64,000 nucleotides of DNA, from contig JAZSRX010000034.1 in the NCBI GenBank assembly GCA_045538685.1, positions 11,111-75,110 of the forward strand. The letters are read 5' to 3'. This DNA is from Eubacteriales bacterium. Its GTDB lineage: Bacteria > Bacillota > Clostridia > Oscillospirales > CAG-272. Within the stretch, counting starts at the first letter, position 1. Each line of letters starts with the position of its first letter. The translations under genes and the position numbers were made by a program. Shown here piece by piece: positions 17,941 through 25,458 of this stretch. The notes beneath the pieces were generated by a model. The model was not told the origin of the DNA, ran no database searches, and saw only the letters and a list, made by a program, of their open reading frames with translations.

Positions 17941-19808
17941 TTTACACCTCCCAGAAGAGCAAAAGCTATGGCGATGCCAAATGAAATCACAAGAGAAATA
18001 AGAGCTGCTTCAAAAACAATTCTGTTTGTATTTGCCCGAGCGACGATTTTGTCAGAATATATGCCGTAGACCATATTTCTCGGCACCCTTTTAATGCCTA
18101 GCGAGGCGGTACGCATTGTCAGCTTGTAGGAAAGACGGCTTCCCAGCTCCACACCCGAGGAACCCGACCGCACAAGGCGGATTACCGCCGAGAAAATAAG
18201 GTTCAAAATGATAAACGAAGCGGCAAAAACGAATAACTTTGGCTCAAGGAAATAACCAACCGCGGCGAGTATCAGGAACAAGAATGTCATCAATGACTGA
18301 ACAGGCAAAAGCTTCATAAAGCAGTCGCTTCGTCTGTGATAAAGCTCGGTTACCGACAGGGCGGAAAACCTGGTATATTCCTTCTTCAATGCCGATTTGT
18401 CCTCTATCTCAACCGATAGCTTGCTGTCTGTAACGGTTTTCACCTCGGAGCAGTGTGCCAGGGCGGAGATAAGAGTTTTCGAAACGGTGGATTTATGGTA
18501 TCTTCCGAAATCCGCCTTGTTGAAAATATAAACCGAGAAAAAGCCACGCATAGAGCGATTTTTTGTCTGGAAATAATCACAAAGAGAAGATATCCTTTCT
18601 TGCGTATCCGAAGAGACGGGATATCTTACCTCCACACACTCTTCCTCATCAAAATAGGGCAACAGCCACTTTACATCAAGCTTTATCTTAATGGGAGAAA
18701 CTATGACGAAGGCACTTCCCTTTTCACCTTCGGGAAGCTGATTTTCGGGGGTGATGTTTATGTATCTGATTCCCTTTTCCCTGAATGCCCGCTTTGCGAT
18801 TTTTTTGCAGTTTATCTTGAAAATAACCGCCCCGATAAGATGAATGATATACTCTATGTGGAATTTCAGTGTGATGTAAAATGCATACAGCAGAGATATG
18901 ACATAAACCGAGAAGGAAAGAAGATTTTCGCTTTCCGACGGCACAAGTGTGATACAGCACAAAACGGGAATCAAAAGCAGGTAAATAAAGTCAAAGGGTA
19001 CGTAGAAATAGGATGTAAAAATGTCCTTTTGCTTATTGAGCTTCATCATTCCCCAGAAAAGAATTTCAAACAGATAGCCGATAAAAAGCACAAGGGAAAT
19101 GGTGGGATTTACTTTCAGGAAAATCGCCGAAAAGGCAAAGAGCGAAAGCACACCCTCCACCGCCGCACAGCAGTAAATCAGGCCACGGGTTACCGACTTT
19201 GCCGATCTTACAAAGGTTTTTGTTTCGCTTACTATGTCATTTTCGTAGTCCATATACTGATGAATGAGAATATATCTGATTCCGTAAACGAAGACGAAAA
19301 CATTAATGAGGGCGAACAGCAAAAGGTCAACTTCAAAGATAAACGGAATTACCAAAAGCTGAACATTTCTCTGGCAGAAGGATGCGGTTATAAGCCCCAA
19401 TACACCCCTTTCCTTAAAGCGAAGCGGTTTAAAGGAATAGAAAATGCCGAAAAGGTATGCAACAAGGGCAAAAATCATAAATTCGGGAGTGAATTTAATG
19501 AATGCCGCCGATAAAAAATGAATAATTGTAACAACGACAAAAGCCGCAACACCCACACCGATACCGGTGGAATTAAAAGCGTTGCGTTTGCCTGCTATTT
19601 TATCCTGCTCTACGTCGCTTAAATCATTGGCAAGATAGCCGAGAGCAAGATAGGTTACTGTGTACAAAAGGAAGAAGCAGAAAAGAGGAAGAGCCGATGC
19701 GGCACTTCTGCCGTTAAGCAGAGAAAAGAGTATAAAAACAGCTATGGACAAAGGCAGCTTGGAACCAAACCACTCTGTAACTCTGAAAATGCTTTTCAAT
19801 ATCCTCAT
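17937..19808 (-). CDS. UbiA-family prenyltransferase fused to an unassigned C-terminal soluble-plus-TM region (623 aa)
   Basis: The ORF track starts at GTG 19814; ATG at 19808 lies 6 nt after AAGGAGA. The N-terminal half is multi-TM and carries both Asp-rich motifs (NDLSDVEQD, DYEND). The C-terminal ~300 aa have no motif I recognise. Confidence 0.7.
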   Translation of the reverse strand: MRILKSIFRVTEWFGSKLPLSIAVFILFSLLNGRSAASALPLFCFFLLYTVTYLALGYLANDLSDVEQDKIAGKRNAFNSTGIGVGVAAFVVVTIIHFLSAAFIKFTPEFMIFALVAYLFGIFYSFKPLRFKERGVLGLITASFCQRNVQLLVIPFIFEVDLLLFALINVFVFVYGIRYILIHQYMDYENDIVSETKTFVRSAKSVTRGLIYCCAAVEGVLSLFAFSAIFLKVNPTISLVLFIGYLFEILFWGMMKLNKQKDIFTSYFYVPFDFIYLLLIPVLCCITLVPSESENLLSFSVYVISLLYAFYITLKFHIEYIIHLIGAVIFKINCKKIAKRAFREKGIRYINITPENQLPEGEKGSAFVIVSPIKIKLDVKWLLPYFDEEECVEVRYPVSSDTQERISSLCDYFQTKNRSMRGFFSVYIFNKADFGRYHKSTVSKTLISALAHCSEVKTVTDSKLSVEIEDKSALKKEYTRFSALSVTELYHRRSDCFMKLLPVQSLMTFLFLILAAVGYFLEPKLFVFAASFIILNLIFSAVIRLVRSGSSGVELGSRLSYKLTMRTASLGIKRVPRNMVYGIYSDKIVARANTNRIVFEAALISLVISFGIAIAFALLGGVK

Positions 19809-19884
19809 AGCCACTCTCCTTTCCCGAAAATCAAAGTGAATAATAAAAATTTTAATTTAAAAAATTTTCAAGATGCTTTTTTAA

Positions 19885-19912
19885 AGATAAATTTATTTTA
19901 AAATAAATATCT
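19885..19912. promoter_or_regulatory. 28-nt AT-rich near-perfect palindrome overlapping the predicted transcription start of the rSAM operon (candidate operator)
   Basis: AGATAAATTTATTTT|AAAATAAATATCT, immediately downstream (minus strand) of the -10 box. Confidence 0.3.
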
Positions 19913-19917
19913 ATAAA

Positions 19918-19946
19918 AGTATAGCACGAATAAGTCGAATTGTCAA
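19918..19946 (-). promoter_or_regulatory. Sigma-A-type promoter of the 17-gene operon
   Basis: Minus strand reads TTGACA (19946-19941), a 17-nt spacer, then TATACT (19923-19918). An AT-rich leader of ~95 nt runs to the AAGGAGA RBS. Confidence 0.65.
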
Positions 19947-20113
19947 TATATTTGTCGTAATATGGAGAAAGGAAATGTTCGCCCTGTCGGTTTGTAATTT
20001 TGACATATTTTTTCATCTCGAAAATTCATAAAAATGGTTTATTTTTGTGCTTTTTGGTGTTTTATGTACTCTATAGTTTACATTTTATGACATTTTACGC
20101 AAGAAACAAAACA

Positions 20114-20176
20114 TAAAAAAGAGAACAGCAAAAAAATAGTTGAGCAAAAACTCGTGTCGCGTGTTCTCTTTTTAAT
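20114..20176. terminator. Weak bidirectional hairpin (8-bp stem AGAGAACA/TGTTCTCT, ~34-nt loop) flanked by A- and T-runs
   Basis: AAAAAAGAGAACA...TGTTCTCTTTTTAATTTT; the large loop makes its function uncertain. Confidence 0.3.
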
Positions 20177-20312
20177 TTTGTCAATATTTTCTTTTTTCTC
20201 TTATTTGCCAAAAGACAAATGCTTTTTTTGTTATACAATACCGAGTGGGTGTTTTTGTTAAGCAATACCGAGTCGATATTCACACCGCCCGACTTTTCTG
20301 CAAACGGTTTTG

Positions 20313-20354
20313 ACAAAAAAAGAGAGGACTTAAAGGTTTCCCCATCCTCTCTTT
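20313..20354 (-). terminator. Rho-independent terminator downstream of dpaB
   Basis: Minus strand: AAGAGAGGA-TGGGGAAACCTTTAAG-TCCTCTCTT followed by TTTTTTG. Confidence 0.7.
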
Positions 20355-20428
20355 ATCATTTTGCTTTTTTCTTAGATTTTGCTTCTTTATTAAAATATTA
20401 AAATGAAGCTGCTTTGTGTAACGAGTTT

Positions 20429-20989
20429 TTAAACAAACAGCGGTCTGAGCTGCCTTCCCTCACGCATAGCCGAAAGTCCCTCATAAAGTCGGGAAAAATC
20501 AGCCACAAGCGAATATGGTTTGCCTGTCGGATCATCCTGCCTCATCGGCAGAAAATAGACCGAGCGACGAGTAAGAATTCTTCCTATGTTAGAAAGATTT
20601 TGCGACATTCCGTCATTTGTCGCAAGAGCGATAAGCAAAGGTCTGTCGCATCGCAGATGTGCCTTTGCCGCCATTGTCACCGCCGAGTCGGTTATTCCAC
20701 CTGCAAGCTTAGCAAGTGTGTTTCCTGTGCAGGGCGAGATTATCAGTGCTTCAAGCGGTCTTTTCGGGCCAAGCGGCTCGGCATCCGCTATGGTGTGAAT
20801 TACCTCTCTTTTGCAAAGCGACTCCACCCGACCTACAAATTCACCCGAAAGCCAGAACCTTGTGTCTGTGGAATAGGCACGTTCACTTATTATGGGCTGA
20901 ACCTCCTCACCCGACAAAACAAGCTTTTCCAGGGCTGAAAGCGATGAGGAAAAGGAGCAAAAGGATCCGCAAATTGCATAGCCAATCAT
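20429..20989 (-). CDS. dpaB: Dipicolinate synthase subunit B (SpoVFB, flavoprotein)
   Basis: 186 aa; MIGYAICGSFCSF...ISPCTGNTLAKLAGGITDS; 4-nt overlap with dpaA. Confidence 0.8.
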   Translation of the reverse strand: MIGYAICGSFCSFSSSLSALEKLVLSGEEVQPIISERAYSTDTRFWLSGEFVGRVESLCKREVIHTIADAEPLGPKRPLEALIISPCTGNTLAKLAGGITDSAVTMAAKAHLRCDRPLLIALATNDGMSQNLSNIGRILTRRSVYFLPMRQDDPTGKPYSLVADFSRLYEGLSAMREGRQLRPLFV

Positions 20990-21732
20990 AATTCTCCTCC
21001 AAAAAGTGCTTTATATGCCGCTTTGGCATAAACCTTACCTGCCGAAACGGGATAATATTTTGTGGGCACGGAAGACAGCTTTACAACCCCCTCTTTCCTG
21101 TCAAAAACATTGCCCGAGGCAAGATCAATTATAAGTGTCTCTTTGTCAAGCTTTTCCTCGTCAATCTGCCTTGCAGGTGCGGTGTTAATAAGAATATCAA
21201 GTCCCGAAAAATCGCAATTTTCGTCTATTACACAGGCAGGAACTCCTGTCTGACACATTGAAAGAGCAACCTCTTTTCGCGTAGTGTAAAGCATAATTTT
21301 TGCACCAAGGAAAAGAAGCAAACGAAGAAGCCGTTTACCTATTCTTCCATAGCCCACAATGCCGATTTTCATATCCGAAGCATCAAGCTTGCTGTTTGTC
21401 AGAATGTATCCCACAGTTCCCCTTGCGGTGAGTTCGGCATTTTCCAAAAGAAAGCCCTCGTCAAGCGAAGCATCAAAAAGCTTTGCACCAACCTTCTCCC
21501 CTCTTTGAGTTATCTCACCCGGAATATCATATCCGATAACTGCGGTGTTTTCATCTGTCAAAGCAGCGATTTCACCGAGAGAAACATCTGTTCCTTTTAT
21601 ATTTTTTTCGTCAACCGAGGTGGGAATGGGCAGAACGATAAGCCGCCCGACTCTGCCTTCACCAAGAGCTTCTTTAAGCAACCCGGCACACACCAAAGTC
21701 CTCTCCTCGTTGCCGAATGTTCGAATTTCCAT
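20986..21732 (-). CDS. dpaA: Dipicolinate synthase subunit A (SpoVFA)
   Basis: 248 aa; NAD-binding GIVGYGRIGK; sits directly upstream of dpaB, as in spoVF operons. Confidence 0.7.
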   Translation of the reverse strand: MEIRTFGNEERTLVCAGLLKEALGEGRVGRLIVLPIPTSVDEKNIKGTDVSLGEIAALTDENTAVIGYDIPGEITQRGEKVGAKLFDASLDEGFLLENAELTARGTVGYILTNSKLDASDMKIGIVGYGRIGKRLLRLLLFLGAKIMLYTTRKEVALSMCQTGVPACVIDENCDFSGLDILINTAPARQIDEEKLDKETLIIDLASGNVFDRKEGVVKLSSVPTKYYPVSAGKVYAKAAYKALFGGEL

Positions 21733-21760
21733 ATATAATTTGTCCTTTGTAAATCCGAAT

Positions 21761-21777
21761 TGTGCAATCCTTGCACA
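21761..21777. promoter_or_regulatory. Perfect 7-3-7 palindrome TGTGCAA-TCC-TTGCACA upstream of dpaA (candidate operator)
   Basis: Read directly; centred ~37 nt upstream of the dpaA ATG (21732). Confidence 0.3.
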
Positions 21778-21852
21778 TTACATATTATGAAAATAAAAAA
21801 TCTTGTGTGAATTTTATTTTTTTGTTTTTTAGGTTTTAAGTTTCGTGTTTAG

Positions 21853-21882
21853 CAAAAAAGACCGCCGAAGCGGTCTTTTTTG
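21853..21882 (-). terminator. Rho-independent (bidirectional) terminator after pheT
   Basis: AAAAAAGACCGC-CGAA-GCGGTCTTTTTTG. Confidence 0.8.
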
Positions 21883-21895
21883 TAATGTTTAGTTG

Positions 21896-24265
21896 TCATT
21901 TAACTGCAATTCCCTGCTCTGCGAAGGCAGAAGTGATGTTTTCTACAATTGCAGAAAGCTCCTGCTTTGTAAGTGTTCTCTCGCGGGAGAGGAAGGAGAA
22001 GCGAAGGGTTACGGCATAAGAGCCGTCATCGCCTGTGTAGATATCCTTTACCCACATATCAGAGAGAATCTCGCCTGCGGTGTTCTTTGCGGTTTCAAGG
22101 AGCTTGCCAAATTCGATAGCAGCGGGATCGGTTGCAAAGGTAACGTCGATCTCAACTGCAGGGAACTTAGAGGGTTCGCTGTACTTAACGGGAGCAACCT
22201 TGTGGGATGCTAAGCTTTCGGTCTTGATCTCGAAGAAGCTTACAGCACACTTCTTATCAATATTCTCACAAACGGTGGGGTGAGGAACGGCGATAAAGCC
22301 GATCTTTTCACCGTCAACCTTGATGTCAAAGGAGTTTACGGGATGCTCAAAGTCATAGTCGGGCTCGGATGAAACAAACTCGGGCTCTTTGTGAAGGATA
22401 TCGCCAACAAGAGCACGAACAGCATCAACAGCACGAAGGAACATCTGCTCCTCGCCGCGTGTCTTGGAGTAAAGAACTACACCAAGCTTATCCTGCTCGT
22501 CGCACTCGCCGTTTTCACGAAGGCCTTCAACGGTGTGGCCGATCTCGAAGATGCCGAAATCGTCGGCATAGCCCTTATTCTCCTTTGCAAAAGCAAGAAG
22601 AGTGGGAATCATAGAACGGCGGATAATTGCGTGGTCGGGAGTCTGTGCATTGATAATTCTTACGTTTTCGGGAGTCTTGATGCCAAGCTCCTCGTTTTTC
22701 TTGATGTCGGACCAGATGTAAGAATGTACCTCGTGAAGATTAAAGCTCTTTACAAGAAGATCCTTCATTCTGTCCTCCTCGGACTTCAGAACTTCCTTGC
22801 GTACAGGAAGAATGGGGCTTTCTGCGGTGAAGATATCAAAGTTATCGTAGCCGTAAATTCGGGTAATTTCCTCGATAATGTCCGCCTTGATTGTAACGTC
22901 CTTTGTCGCTCTCCAGGAGGGAACGGTGGCTGTGTAATTCTCGCCTCTTACCTTCAAGCCAAAGCCGAGAGAGGTGAGAGTCTTTTTAATGGTTTCCGCA
23001 GGAATATCAATTCCTGTATATCTGTCAATATAGTGCTTGTCGAATTTAAGGGTAATTGTGGGATACTTCTTCGCATACACGTCGGTGAAGGAGGAAATAA
23101 CTCTTGCGTCGGGATCAAGGTCAAGGATAAGCTTCAGAACTCGCTCTGTTGCCAGACGGCAAAGCTCGGGGTCGAGCATCTTTTCATATCTCTGAGAAGC
23201 ATCGGTACGAAGACCGAGACGTGTAGTTGTCTTACGAACAGAAACACCGTCAAAGGTAGCCGACTCAAGAAGGAGAGATGTGGTTGTATCCTCGATCTTA
23301 GATGCGTCACCGCCCATAACACCTGCAACCGCAACGGGTGCGTCGCCCGAGGTGATCATAAGCATATTTTCGCCAATATTTCTCTCTACACCGTCAAGAG
23401 TGGAGAACTTGAAGGGCTCGGGGAAGGTCTGCACCTCGATTCTGTCAACCTTTGCGTTGTCAAATGCGTGCATTGGCTGACCAAGCTCCATCATAACATA
23501 GTTTGTAAGGTCGGCAAGGAAGTTGATAGCACGGCTTCCGCAGTAGTAAAGACGGATTCTCATATTAACAGGGCTTACCTTGCGTGTAACATTCTCAACC
23601 TTGATAGCCGAGTAGCGATAGCAAAGCTCGGTTGCCTTTACGTCAACAAGAACGGGAGGCAGGTTATCAAACTGAGATGCATCAAGAAGATCGGGGCATT
23701 TCAGCTCTCTGCCTGTAATGGTAGCGAACTCTCTTGCAATACCGTAGTGACTCCAAAGGTCGGGGCGGTTGGTAAGCGACTTGTTATCAACCTCAAAAAT
23801 AATATCGTCAATGTCGTAAACCGACTTGATATCTGTGCCGAGAGGAATATCGTCTGTAATCTCCCAAAGACCTGAGTTGTCGTCGGAAATACCAAGCTCC
23901 GCCTCGGAACAGCACATACCGTAGGATGTGTAGCCGGCAAGCTTTCTGGGAGCGATAGTAATGTCGCCGATCTGACCGCCGAGAGTTGCAAGAGCAACCT
24001 TCATTCCCTCTCTTACATTGGGAGCACCGCAAACGATGTCAACAACCTCGTCGCCCTTGTCCACCTTGAGAAGATGAAGCTTCTTTGATTCGGGATGATT
24101 TTCTACCGAGAGAATTTTTGCAACAACAACACCCGATAAATTATTTCCCTTTTCGATTATATCCTCTACCTCTGCGGTAGAAAGTGTGAAATTCTTAATA
24201 AGTGATTTCTTGTCAAGACCGGAAAGGTCAACGAAATCGCCTATCCAATTCATAGATAAAAACAT
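21896..24265 (-). CDS. pheT: Phenylalanine--tRNA ligase beta subunit
   Basis: 789 aa; N-terminal tRNA-binding domain (GVVVAKILSVENHPESKKLHLLKVD); typical PheT length and position after pheS. Confidence 0.95.
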   Translation of the reverse strand: MFLSMNWIGDFVDLSGLDKKSLIKNFTLSTAEVEDIIEKGNNLSGVVVAKILSVENHPESKKLHLLKVDKGDEVVDIVCGAPNVREGMKVALATLGGQIGDITIAPRKLAGYTSYGMCCSEAELGISDDNSGLWEITDDIPLGTDIKSVYDIDDIIFEVDNKSLTNRPDLWSHYGIAREFATITGRELKCPDLLDASQFDNLPPVLVDVKATELCYRYSAIKVENVTRKVSPVNMRIRLYYCGSRAINFLADLTNYVMMELGQPMHAFDNAKVDRIEVQTFPEPFKFSTLDGVERNIGENMLMITSGDAPVAVAGVMGGDASKIEDTTTSLLLESATFDGVSVRKTTTRLGLRTDASQRYEKMLDPELCRLATERVLKLILDLDPDARVISSFTDVYAKKYPTITLKFDKHYIDRYTGIDIPAETIKKTLTSLGFGLKVRGENYTATVPSWRATKDVTIKADIIEEITRIYGYDNFDIFTAESPILPVRKEVLKSEEDRMKDLLVKSFNLHEVHSYIWSDIKKNEELGIKTPENVRIINAQTPDHAIIRRSMIPTLLAFAKENKGYADDFGIFEIGHTVEGLRENGECDEQDKLGVVLYSKTRGEEQMFLRAVDAVRALVGDILHKEPEFVSSEPDYDFEHPVNSFDIKVDGEKIGFIAVPHPTVCENIDKKCAVSFFEIKTESLASHKVAPVKYSEPSKFPAVEIDVTFATDPAAIEFGKLLETAKNTAGEILSDMWVKDIYTGDDGSYAVTLRFSFLSRERTLTKQELSAIVENITSAFAEQGIAVK

Positions 24266-24284
24266 ACTCTAACCTCTCCTTTCC

Positions 24285-25307
24285 TTAGATAGATTTGAAC
24301 TGCGAAAGTGCTTTAAGATTGCCCGAGTTAAAGTCACGAATGTCCTTAACACCATACTTCATCATAGCAAGTCTTGTAAGGCCGAGACCGAAGGCAAAAC
24401 CGGAATACTTCTCTGTGTCAATTCCGCCCTCACGAAGCACGTTGGGATGAATCATACCGCAGGGACAAAGCTCAAGCCAGCCCGAGTTCTTGCAGGAGGG
24501 GCAGCCCTCGCCGCCGCATATCTCACAGCTAATATCAAGCTCAAAGCCGGGTTCCACGAAGGGGAAGAAGCCGGGGCGAAGTCTTACCTTAACATCGCGA
24601 CGGAACACCTCGGAGAGCATTGTCTTCATAAAGTAAATAAGGTTACTGATAGAGATATTCTCGTCTATCATCATACCTTCAAGCTGGAAGAAGGTGTTTT
24701 CGTGGCAGGCATCGGTGGACTCGTTACGGAAGCAACGTCCGGGGAAGATTGCACGAAGGGGAGCACCGTACTTCTTCATAATATAGTTCTGTGCGGCAGA
24801 TGTGTGTGTTTTAAGAAGCTGACCGTTGTCAAGATAATAGGTATCCTGCATATCTCTTGCAGGGTGATGCTTGGGAATATTAAGTGCCTCAAAGCACTTG
24901 TAATCGTCAACTATCTCGTCGTAGTTCTCGATGGTAAAGCCCATAGAAATAAACACCTCTTCAACCTCACGTGTGGCAAGAGTGATGGGGTGATAGGAGC
25001 CCTGCTCCTCGGCAAAGCGAAGGGTGGGGTTGTACTTCTTTGCAGAGCGAACCTTTGCAGCGATTGCAGCCGCACGGATCTCTTCATTTGCCTTTTCAAT
25101 TTTCTCCTCAACGTAAACCTTGAGTCCGTTGATAAGCTGGCCTGCCGCCTTCTTGTCCTCAGCAAAGCGAAGTTGCTGCATCAGCTCGGCAACATAGCCC
25201 TTTTTGCCAAGATACTCAACACGAAGTGCCTCAAGCGACTCGGCAGAATTTGCCAAAGCAAGTGCCTCGGCAAAGCTCAGTTTAAGCTCTTCAATTCTAA
25301 CTTGCAT
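24285..25307 (-). CDS. pheS: Phenylalanine--tRNA ligase alpha subunit
   Basis: The ORF-track start at 25379 overlaps the promoter; ATG at 25307 (MQVRIEELK) follows AAAGGAAC. Class II motifs FPGRCFRNE and GFAFGLGLTRL. Confidence 0.95.
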   Translation of the reverse strand: MQVRIEELKLSFAEALALANSAESLEALRVEYLGKKGYVAELMQQLRFAEDKKAAGQLINGLKVYVEEKIEKANEEIRAAAIAAKVRSAKKYNPTLRFAEEQGSYHPITLATREVEEVFISMGFTIENYDEIVDDYKCFEALNIPKHHPARDMQDTYYLDNGQLLKTHTSAAQNYIMKKYGAPLRAIFPGRCFRNESTDACHENTFFQLEGMMIDENISISNLIYFMKTMLSEVFRRDVKVRLRPGFFPFVEPGFELDISCEICGGEGCPSCKNSGWLELCPCGMIHPNVLREGGIDTEKYSGFAFGLGLTRLAMMKYGVKDIRDFNSGNLKALSQFKSI

Positions 25308-25350
25308 TTTTATGTTCCTTTCGGTATCCGAAAAATTTTCTAACTTATTA

Positions 25351-25379
25351 ATTATATAATAAATAACTCCCTTTGTCAA
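25351..25379 (-). promoter_or_regulatory. Consensus sigma-A promoter of pheST
   Basis: Minus strand reads TTGACA (25379-25374), 17 nt, then TATAAT (25356-25351). Confidence 0.7.
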
Positions 25380-25391
25380 GATTATTTAATT

Positions 25392-25425
25392 AAAAATAGA
25401 AAAGCGGCTGCCCGAAGGCAACCGC
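25392..25425 (-). terminator. Rho-independent terminator after 25459..26814
   Basis: Minus strand: GCGGTTGCC-TTCG-GGCAGCCGC followed by TTTTCTATTTTT. Confidence 0.8.
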
Positions 25426-25458
25426 AAATCTTAATATTTTTTGTTTTTGAAAGGTTGA

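Noticed and set aside
1012-19808. RiPP (sactipeptide, glycocin or lasso-like) interpretation of rSAM-SPASM + GT2 + AsnB-like genes
   Set aside because: I found no small precursor ORF; gaps are 21 nt or less apart from the CA-rich spacer, which lacks a start codon. There is no peptidase or ABC exporter. The presence of Ugd, a DegT aminotransferase, a membrane GT2 and UbiA points to carbohydrate or lipid-carrier chemistry. A precursor encoded outside the window cannot be excluded.
19975-20031. 18-codon plus-strand sORF (MFALSVCNFDIFFHLENS) behind GGAGAAAGG, and the 73-aa minus ORF at 20095..20316
   Set aside because: The sORF points away from the operon, has no recognisable function and may be chance in AT-rich DNA. 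The 73-aa ORF starts at a TTG inside the dpaB terminator stem and spans hairpins, and it has no RBS.
22391-23875. Long antisense ORFs in the track (22391..23875, 8107..9081, 18453..19514, 15791..16696, 24447..25343, 13751..14500, 39343..40131, 60038..60826, 36559..37338, 49412..50101)
   Set aside because: Each lies fully inside a well-supported gene on the opposite strand (pheT, rSAM genes, UbiA, PHP, pheS, GT2, mfd, rex, Sel1, LRR). Their translations are Cys/Arg/Leu-rich with no recognisable motifs, which is typical of shadow ORFs.
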